Shown: positions 1 to 8,700 of the stretch, in pieces
How the letters are laid out: each line of letters begins with the position of its first letter
How positions within the stretch are numbered: the stretch's first letter is position 1
Translations under genes and position numbers: made by a program
The notes under the pieces: generated by a model
What the model was told of the DNA's origin: nothing
Databases searched by the model: none
What the model saw: only the letters and a program-made list of their open reading frames with translations
DNA from: Candidatus Dojkabacteria bacterium
GTDB lineage: Bacteria > Patescibacteriota > Dojkabacteria > SC72 > WJKH01
Direction: 5' to 3'
Assembly (NCBI GenBank): GCA_014729235.1
Contig: WJKH01000007.1
Span: forward strand, 1-19,840
Length of the DNA stretch: 19,840 bases

Positions 1-160
1 ATGAGAACCCGAGCAGTGAGCGAAGCGAACGAGGGTTCGCTGGAGACTAGGAGAACGAGGAGCGCAAGCGACGAAGAGATCCGAAGTCGGAATGGCGCAG
101 CGAGACCGAGCGGCTGCGAGGGCGAAGCGAGACTACACCCCGTTTCCCGCTTGCCACCCA
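1..160. other. GC-rich, purine-skewed segment of unknown nature; could be a short ORF or CDS tail in frame +1 (open 1..180), or a fragment of an RNA gene
   Basis: Hand count gives 100 G+C in nt 1-160 (62.5%), against a visibly AT-rich remainder. The + strand is G/A-rich and T-poor. Degenerate GCGAAGCGA(GAC)-like motifs occur at 20..28, 62..71, 95..106 and 122..133. Local hairpins are AGCGAAC-GAGG-GTTCGCT (24..41) and CGCAGC-N11-GCTGCG (96..118). Frame +1 is open from ATG at nt 1 to TGA at 178..180 and would give 59 aa rich in R/E/S/A; the other + frames are closed. Confidence 0.3.
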
Positions 161-166
161 AAAAAA

Positions 167-194
167 TTGTAAATTCATGAAAAAAGAGTATAAT
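167..194 (+). promoter_or_regulatory. Candidate sigma70-type promoter for the 229..594 gene
   Basis: TTGTAA (167..172), a 16-nt spacer, then consensus TATAAT (189..194). It lies about 35 nt upstream of the ATG at 229. Confidence 0.4.
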
Positions 195-228
195 CGTCCA
201 TAGAATTAATTTATAAAATTTTTTAACA

Positions 229-594
229 ATGGCAGTAAAAACAGAACTGCACCAAGGAGAACAAGTAATACGCGAAGAGGAGGCCAAGCACGTAGTAGGA
301 AAAATACGCTGCTTTGTCGGCAAAATCGCCCTAACAAACCAAAGAGTGATATTCGAGAAAATTCCTGCTGTAATGGGCGCTTTCGGAGTAATGGGGTACT
401 CAATTGCAAAACTCTTGAACATATATAAGCCGGACTTCAGCATTCAATTATCAAATGTTGCTTCATACGAGCAAAGCCAATTTGGCCTAAACAAGAAGTG
501 CATACTTTTCAAGACTAACGACGGAAATGAATACAAATTCACAGTTTCTTCCAGCTTTGCAGAGTGGAAGACAACACTGGACTCTATGAAATAG
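229..594 (+). CDS. Small hypothetical protein with a bacterial PH/GRAM-like domain pattern
   Basis: 121-aa ORF preceded by a promoter-like site and followed by a strong terminator. 'GKIALTNQRVIFEK' and the C-terminal 'ILFKTNDGNEYKFTV..FAEWKTTL' resemble the G-x-L-x-L-T-N-x-R-(L/V)-I-F core and closing helix of bacterial PH/GRAM-like domains. This is pattern recognition only. Confidence 0.55.
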   Translation: MAVKTELHQGEQVIREEEAKHVVGKIRCFVGKIALTNQRVIFEKIPAVMGAFGVMGYSIAKLLNIYKPDFSIQLSNVASYEQSQFGLNKKCILFKTNDGNEYKFTVSSSFAEWKTTLDSMK

Positions 595-630
595 TGCCGG
601 TGTGATAAAGACTTTTAGTCAATATTTAAA

Positions 631-656
631 GGGCACGGCTCCGCCGTGCCCTTTTC
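631..656 (+). terminator. Rho-independent terminator
   Basis: Perfect 9-bp GC-rich stem GGGCACGGC (631..639) / GCCGTGCCC (643..651) with loop TCC, followed by TTTTCT. It lies 37 nt after the stop at 594. Confidence 0.8.
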
Positions 657-674
657 TCAAAAAACCCGTATTAT

Positions 675-2636
675 ATGAATATGAAGAAACACAGCAAATT
701 AATTTTGGCAGCAATTATGGTAATCTCGGGAAGCCTTGCTGTACTTTTATACATTAAAGTTAATCGCCTAACCGCACAAATAATTGAAACACAGTCGACT
801 AGCGCCGCCAGCCCAAAGATTTATGATAGAAACGGAAAATTGCTATACAAGAAACTTCTTGATGATGAAAAGTATATCTATTACGTCGATGAAAATGAAA
901 TAAATTCGTGGCTTAAAAACAGCTTTATAGTAATTGAAGACCAGAGCTTTTATCGGAATTCAGGAGTAAACTTCAGGAGAACAATTCAGTGTGCACTGCA
1001 GACAATATTTACAAAGAAAAATTGTGGAGGAAGCACGATTACTCAACAGTACGTCAAGCTACGCCTCGGCAATTACAAGCGCAATTTATACTATAAAATA
1101 ATTGAAATTCTTGTCTCATTAAATCTTAATCTCCATATGGAGAAAGCTGACATTCTTGAAAGGTACCTGAACACAGTTTATTTTGGCGGATTAAATTACG
1201 GCGTTGAATCCGCATCAGAATACTATTTTGGGGTAAGCAATACTGAGTTAAGCCTCGCAGAGTCCGCTTTTCTTGCTGCTATACCGAATTCGCCGGTAAA
1301 ATTCGATCCCTATGAGAATTTTGAAGAAACAAAGCGCAGACAGGAAATTATCCTGCATGAGCTCTATCAAGCTCGACTCATAAATGAAGCTCAGCTCGAA
1401 GCTGCTAGAGATGAGACAATTGTTCTTGAGCAAAAAGGCAATCAGATTTTAGCACCACATGTAACGGAGCAAGTTCTAAATCATTCAGATGCTGACATAA
1501 TTACAACAATAGACCTTGAGATCCAAAATCTGATTCAGGCTGAACTTAAGAGTTCCATAGAAAATTTACGGGAAGTTAATATCGACAATGCTGCCGCTGT
1601 AATGATAGACGCAGAATCGGGGGAAATTCTGGCAATGGCGGGCAGCTACGACTACTTTGCTCCTGATATAGGCGGGAAGTTTAATGCTGCGACATCTTTG
1701 CGGCAGCCTGGGTCTACCCTAAAGCCTTTTATATACGCTCTTGGTCTGGAACGGGGTCTAACTGCAGCTACTCTAATTGAAGATAAGGAGCAAATTTTTC
1801 TCATAAATGAAGAGCACTATGTTCCCAGAAATTTTGACCTGAGTGAACATGGTTATGTTACTGTGAGAGAATCATTGGGAAGTTCTCTTAATATCCCCGC
1901 TGTCAAGACTTTGGAATACATTGGTCTGGCAGATTTTTACGAATTTACTAAACAGGTTGGTCTTGAGGAAATACCTGCTCAACAGGCTGATCTCTCGGTA
2001 GCTTTGGGAGGTGCTGGAATTAGTCTTTTGGATTTGACTAATTTATATAGGGTGTTTCCCAATAAAGGTCTTTATCACGGGGATCCAACACTAATTTACA
2101 GTGAAAAAGTCGAGCAGGGAAATGGGACTCAAGTCTTTGGTGAAAACTCAGAAGAAATATCATTTATAATCTCAGATATTTTAAATGATAATGATGCCCG
2201 CAGGCTGACTTTTGGTTCCATGAATAATCTCAAAACTACGTCAATATCGTTCGTAAAGTCAGGAACATCGAATGATTTTAAAGACGCCTGGGCTATAGGT
2301 TACAATGGGGAGTTTGTGCTGGGAGTCTGGGTAGGTAATAGTGATAATCGCTCTATGGACGGGGTTTCCTCCGCCTCAAGTGCAAGCTACATCTGGAATA
2401 ATGCTTATGAAAAGGCCTTCGAATATTATGAATCTAGTTATTGTGACGCTGACAAATGTGACTTTTCAATCAAAAAACCATATAATGTAAGTGAATTTCA
2501 GGTCTGCAGCGGCAATTCCGGCTTGGGAGAACTTTTACAATGTGAAGGCTATCTCTATAAAGAATATTTTTACGAGCCTTTTCTTCCCGGTTCAGATCGA
2601 GCTGTTCACCGGATTTCAGTTGACGGTTCCCCTTAA
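675..2636 (+). CDS. Class A (bifunctional) penicillin-binding protein with a GT51 glycosyltransferase and a transpeptidase; PBP1C-like by genomic context
   Basis: N-terminal TM segment (LILAAIMVISGSLAVLLYI). GT51 motifs are 'IEDQSFYRNSGVN', 'GGSTITQQYVK' and 'KIIEI'. Transpeptidase motifs are SxxK 'GSTLKPFIY', SxN 'SSLNIP' and K(T/S)G 'KSGTSND'. The tail is Cys-containing (C-x4-C ... C-x11-C). ATG at 681 is an alternative start. Confidence 0.9.
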   Translation: MNMKKHSKLILAAIMVISGSLAVLLYIKVNRLTAQIIETQSTSAASPKIYDRNGKLLYKKLLDDEKYIYYVDENEINSWLKNSFIVIEDQSFYRNSGVNFRRTIQCALQTIFTKKNCGGSTITQQYVKLRLGNYKRNLYYKIIEILVSLNLNLHMEKADILERYLNTVYFGGLNYGVESASEYYFGVSNTELSLAESAFLAAIPNSPVKFDPYENFEETKRRQEIILHELYQARLINEAQLEAARDETIVLEQKGNQILAPHVTEQVLNHSDADIITTIDLEIQNLIQAELKSSIENLREVNIDNAAAVMIDAESGEILAMAGSYDYFAPDIGGKFNAATSLRQPGSTLKPFIYALGLERGLTAATLIEDKEQIFLINEEHYVPRNFDLSEHGYVTVRESLGSSLNIPAVKTLEYIGLADFYEFTKQVGLEEIPAQQADLSVALGGAGISLLDLTNLYRVFPNKGLYHGDPTLIYSEKVEQGNGTQVFGENSEEISFIISDILNDNDARRLTFGSMNNLKTTSISFVKSGTSNDFKDAWAIGYNGEFVLGVWVGNSDNRSMDGVSSASSASYIWNNAYEKAFEYYESSYCDADKCDFSIKKPYNVSEFQVCSGNSGLGELLQCEGYLYKEYFYEPFLPGSDRAVHRISVDGSP

Positions 2637-2698
2637 TTTGAATTAAATTGATAGTAAAAGGTATTTAAAATAATCCTGCATGAAAAGGCGACTAGGAC

Positions 2699-2745
2699 TT
2701 ATTGCACTATTGATTTTTGAATTTCGTAACTCACATTAAATTATT
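2699..2745 (+). promoter_or_regulatory. Copy A of a conserved 47-nt upstream element (candidate shared promoter/operator)
   Basis: 41/47 identical to 16283..16329, and the core 2707..2729 is a 23-nt perfect match to 16291..16313. It contains the imperfect inverted repeat TGAATT-TCGT-AACTCA (2718..2733). It ends 9 nt before the ATG at 2755. Confidence 0.55.
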
Positions 2746-2754
2746 AGGTCGATT

Positions 2755-5700
2755 ATGTCCGAGAAAAACAAATCCAAGAATTCCAAACAAAAAATTATCC
2801 AGATAAGGATTGATCTCAAAAAGCTTAGAGCGTTATGGGATAGAATTAAAACATGGGCAAAACAGGTGTTTGAATATTGGTCAGATCATTTTAAGTTTTT
2901 TACTCAAAAGTCTAATTGGAACCGAAAGACTTTGATTAAAAGATTTAAGCTGATTATTTCTGAAGCCGGAGATGCTCTAACTAAAACCTATAACGAGTTC
3001 AAGTTATTCTGGAAGAACCTTTCTTCGATTTTAAAGGGACTTATAGTGGCAGTCTTTATCCTTATCCTATCATTAAGTGCTTTCAGAGCTGCTAAAAAGT
3101 TATACTCAGTAGCAAAATACAGTTTAAGACCGGAGCTTATCGCGGCTTCAATCTACAACAATGAGACAAATGTTGATCCTGAGGAGGTAATATATTTTGA
3201 TTTCTCCAAAAAGATAGGTCAAAACTGGTTTGAGAAAGTGTTTACTGCAGAGAACGAGGGTTCTTACAAAATCATACCAGGCGACAGCGCAAACAGAGTG
3301 GGAGTGATTGCAGAAGGAGGTTGGCTTCCTGATAAAGAATACACATTGAACCTCGATAGTGACTATTTTAAAAAATCCCATATCATAAACTTTACGACTG
3401 TTAGCTCTCCCAAGATTGTTGCAAACAATCTTTCGTCCCACATTTTGCCCGGGCACACATTTTTATTTGCATATAATCAGGAGGTTTTTAATAAATCTGG
3501 TTCTGGAGAATCTGAAACCCAAGTGCCGGAAGATTTCATAAAGTTTGAACCGGCAGTATCCGGTAAGACTGAGGTTTTGTCACCATCAATGATCAGATTT
3601 ACTCCGGATAAGCCGCTAGAGGCTAGAAATTACAAATTAAGTTTGGGATCTCAAGAGCTTATCGGCTCAACCGGCTTGCATCAGACAAATTTTTTTGAAT
3701 CAGACTTTATAGTTACTGCAGAAACAGAGTCATCAAGTTCAGAGCGAAGATCTCACGATGTAGAGTTAATTATTAATGAGACAAGAAATGTCAGGGAAGA
3801 TACAAACGATCCTGTCTATATTTTACTTAATCAAGATATTGATAGAAAGCTTTTCTCTGAAAAATTGTCATTTCGATTCGAAGAAGATACAGAGACGGGG
3901 GCCAAAATTGATCTTCCGGGCATAAAAGAGGTAAAGTACTATTTTATCTCTGCTGAAGAAGCTGATGATAAATTTAAATATTACATATCTCCTGGACATA
4001 AACAGTTCCTCGTAGCTGAGGTGATTCCTGATAGTCCCTGGAGTAAAGCTGAAGCTCAAATCCAACTGGTTATAGCACCGGGAATTTCGTTAATAAATGG
4101 ATCTGGTAAAACTGAAAAAGAAAAGTATAGGAGAATAGACGTTAAAGAAGATATTAAATATGTTCGAACAAATCTTGCAAACGTCGAAGAATATGAAGAT
4201 TGGTATAGAACGGCCAGATTTGCTTTTAACAATGAGCTGATACACAGTGATGAAGAAATTCAGAATTTAGTCAGAGTATATGATAAAAATGGTGTAGTCG
4301 TCCCTTTACAGAAGCTCAGAGTTGTAAACTGGACCGGGGAGATTGTTTTTACAGATATTCTAAGTCCTGGAGAAGAATATACAATTGTGTTTAGCAGAAA
4401 TATAACAGATGTTTTTGGATCAAGATTGGACAAAGATGTCAGCGTAGATTTTACGTATCCAAGAATTCTGAAACCTGACGCAAACGGGAAATTTGTTTCG
4501 ATTTTTGGTACTGATTTTGCTATGGTTGATAACTCTGTTCCGCATCAAATCTATTTACGATCACGGGGATATGAAGAAGTATACGTTGAATTTGCCAGAA
4601 TACACCCAGAAGAGGCTATAGAAATTCTCGAAGCTGACTCTGTAGAAATTGCCGGTCAAAAAGCTGCAACAGCAGGACAAGTTGTAAAATATGACACAAA
4701 ACCGTTCCATGATGTCAAGTTTGAGGAAGGCAGCGGGATAAACGATACTTCACTTGAATTTCAATATGAGATTAAGGATATTCCTGATGGACTTTACATA
4801 GCTCGTGTTCAGAGTATGGACGGTGAGCACCGTGATTATAAGATTATGTCATTTACAACAGCATCAGCATTGCTGAAAGTTTCACGTCCGGAAGATGAGT
4901 TATTTGTTTGGCTTTCAGATTTGCGTGATGGAAAACCGATCTCGGGCAAATCTCTCAAACTGCGTTCGAAGAATTCTGAACTTGGCTCTCTAGAAACTAA
5001 TAAGTCCGGGGTATCAATTTTTCGCGATTTTATAGATAAGTCAGATTATGAAATTAAATCGTACGATGATCTATACGTATTTTCACCGGATGGCTCGATT
5101 TTTACTTCAACTGACTTTGACAACACAATGAATCCACGGGCATTTCTTGATAGGGATGAAGTTGCCACGAATCCAATGTATAATCTTAGTAAGGATGTCT
5201 TTACTTATATCGATAAACCAATATATAGGGTAGGTGATACCTTACACGCTAAATTTTTTTTACGCGATCTAGCTGACAACCAGAACTTGCCGTACATTGG
5301 TGAATTTGAAGTCACAATTGAGAAATATTCCGATGATAAACCTAAGATTTCAAGAATCTATAATACTAATGAGTATGGAACTGCGCATGGAAAATTTAAG
5401 CTGACAGATGAGTTTAAGCCTGGTGAATACAGTATATGCGTTCATGGATATAGACATTGTGAGAGATTTCTTCTTCAAGAGTTCCAGCCGCTTAGGTATA
5501 CATTTAACGTCAATAAAGACTCTAGAAAGACGTATAAGCCAAGTGATACTGTTGAGCTGGGTGTCGATGCAAATTATTATTTTGGGGAGCCTCTGGCAAA
5601 TGCTGAAGTAGAAGTTAATCTGTTTGTAAGAGATGACTACTTTACAGATTTTTATTCGTTGGATGAAGAGGCCTTCCCGGTGGATGATTTTTCAAAGTAT

Positions 5701-8700
5701 TCTCTTCACCTGCGCGACATTTGGGATGATGACTATGAGTATTATGATTCACTAAAGATTGGGACATATTTCGGCAGAACAGATTCAAACGGAAAGCTTT
5801 CTGTCAAATTACCGTTTGATGTACCGGAGCCGTATGCCTCACAAAATCCCAAATTGCTCTCAATAGAGGTCGCAGTGACTGATGAGCTGGGAGAAAAGCA
5901 GTATAGAACCTTATATGGGAAAGTTTTGCCAAAAGGCGGCATGATTGGACTGTTTGACAGTGATCCTGTAGTGGAAGAAGGCCAGACATTTTTTTATGAA
6001 TTTGAAGCTCTTTATATAGATGAGTATCTGAACCCAAAATCAAGTGCTCCGGTAGAATTTAGTCTGTACAGAGTAGAGTATTCCCAAGTAAGATCGCAGC
6101 TAATTAATCGTGATTATTATTGGGAAAATGTATCTAATGAAGTTTTGGAAGATAGAGTTGTTGTAAACACTGATTCGGATGGTAAGGCAGTTGCGAAACT
6201 TACTCCGAAATCAGTAGACGAAAATACCGATTACTATATTGTTGCTAAGTCTCTCTCATATCCAAATGTAGTTAACCGCCGCATGAAGTATGGATATCAT
6301 AAGTACTGGAGTGATCTTTATGATACTTATAATTCGGAGCAGATGCTGGAGATTGATACTGATAAGGGATCATACAAGCTAGGGGATACAGCACAGCTGG
6401 CACCGAAGATTGATTCGGGTAAATATGTAGGACTGCTTACCTATGAGAGAAAGGGTATTGTTGAGTATAAAGTTATTGATTTTAGATCGGATAACTACCG
6501 CAATGATTTGAAGCTTGAGATAAGTGACGATATTAAACCAAATATTTTTGCATCACTTTATGCCTTCACTCCACATGATTCTGGCAGTGAATTTATTGAC
6601 TATAGATTTGGTGTAGTACAGATAAAAGTTGATGAACCCGAACTGCTAAGAGAAATAAATGTGACTTATGATAAAGAGTCATACCTGGCGGGAGAAACGG
6701 TTACTGTAAATATTGACAATCCAGGTGTTGAAGAACAGACTGAGTATTTGGTGGCAGCTGTCGATAAGGCTGTACTGGATTTGTCTCTGGTAGGGCATTA
6801 TCCGAACGTTCTTGAGATGATGAAGGAAGATTTGTGGGAATCATGGAATCTAGGTATTGCATCGTCTTCAAATATTACTGAATATGAAAATAAGCTGATT
6901 AACGAGATAGCCTGGGGGAATAAGGGAGGAGCTGCGGGTGGAGGTGGCGGAGGTTATTACTCACTTGAACAGGAAGATATTCGCAATAAGTTTGAAGATG
7001 TAGCTGTCTGGCTTCCTGAGGTTTCATCTGAGACGGGTGATGCACAAATTAGTTTCAGCACACCGGATAATCTTACTACATGGCAGCTTGTTGTTTTGGG
7101 AATAAGTAAGTCCGGAGCAATTTCAGCCCAGAAAGCTGAGTTTAGAGTTTCAAAAGACGTAAATATCATCTCGCAGATTCCGGATAAGATGTATTTGGAT
7201 GATGAAATTGAAATAAGCGTTAATCCAATCATAGACTCTGAGTTTGTACAAAGGAATTTAAATTCTGGACTTAAAGTTGAAGTTACTGTTGATAGCGGCA
7301 CAATTGAGTGTGGCCAGAATTATGTTAGAGATACTGAGCGTGTTGACCAGGTTTTGGCTGAGGAAATTCAATCGACGCCTTCACAGAGCTGCCTAATTGA
7401 GAGAGAGCATAGTGACTTTCCGCTGCCTGTTATTTATAGACCTTCTGAGGTGGGTAAGACTTCAATTAGAATGACTGTAGGTACTGAGGAGAAGGCATAT
7501 GATTCGCTCGAAAGGGAAATTGAGATTATCCCTCAGTCCAATCAGAATACTATTATTTCCTATGGGGATACGCTGAACGATAATAATATTTCTGTTAAGT
7601 TTCCTGACCGCGCATATGATAAATCTCTTACTGTGAATTTCACAAACGATGTAATAGGTGATTTGGAGTTTAGCCGTGAATTTTTCTATAACTACCAAAA
7701 CTTGTGTAGTGAACAAACTTCTTCTACAATTTTAGGGTTGTTACCAGGTATAGATCAAAATGATGAATATCGGCAGAAGGCACAGCAGATGGTTGATTAT
7801 CTCACCCAGATGCAGAATTTTGACGGCGGCTGGTCTTATTGGGGAGAAGGTTCGAGTCGAGTATATAATTCAGCTTATGTAGTCTATGCTTTATCAAAGG
7901 CTAAAGCTTCCGGCCTTGATGTTCCTGATGCAACTCTAGCAAATGGCATAGATTTTCTGAATGATCAACATGATGATTATACTGTTACACATCTAAACGA
8001 GACTTTTATGAGATACGTGCTATCCGAGAGCGGCAAGTTTGATTTTTCTAGGATTGACAGCCGGTATCGTCGGATTGGTAGAAATTCTTCAACAATTGAG
8101 ACTCATGCTCTATTTCTCGGAATTTATAATAATTATCTAAACAGTGACGAAATTCAACTTGGTCAAAGAGCTTTGGTAAAGGAAAGAATCCGAGAAATTG
8201 AAACCTATTTACTTGATAATCTTATTGTCAGAAACCAGACTGCAAAATGGGGTGAAGCCCAGGAATTTGAAGAATTTTGGGATTTTTATCGAAATGATAC
8301 GAAAGTTACCGCACTGACTTTGGATATCATGCTTGATTCAATGGGGGGAGACGAGTCACTTATTCCGGTCGTAAATTACTTGAAAACGGAATTACAAACG
8401 AAAAAGCTCGGAACCTTGAGTATGTATTATGTTATTGATGCGCTTGAAAATGCAAAGGAAAAGTATGATTTCTCAAGTAAATATGTCAGAGAAGTGGAAA
8501 TTAATGGAGTGACCTACAATAATTTTGAAATTACTGAAAGCGGACGTCAACTGACAATTCCGTTGGATAATGAAGTAAAACAGCTCGGGATTACAGCTGT
8601 GAGCCAGGAAGGAAAACTTGTGTATTTTGATGCTAAAGCAGACTATAAAGTAGCTCTTGCTGATCAGCCCGAGAGCGACAGCGGAGCTGCAATATACGTT

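Noticed and set aside
1-40. 'AGAACCCG' and 'CAGTGAGCGA' resemble short stretches of the 3' region of bacterial RNase P RNA (P4 strand ACAGAACCCGGC; CCAGUGAGCGAUUGCUGG)
   Set aside because: These are only short matches. In RNase P RNA the P4 3' strand is followed by about 30 nt, whereas this GC-rich segment continues for about 140 nt with no matching architecture. It cannot be supported without a covariance-model scan.
669-683. TATTAT directly abutting the PBP ATG, suggesting a leaderless start at the second ATG (681)
   Set aside because: There is no acceptable -35 box at the right spacing because the region is occupied by the upstream terminator stem. Read-through or an unrecognised promoter is equally likely.
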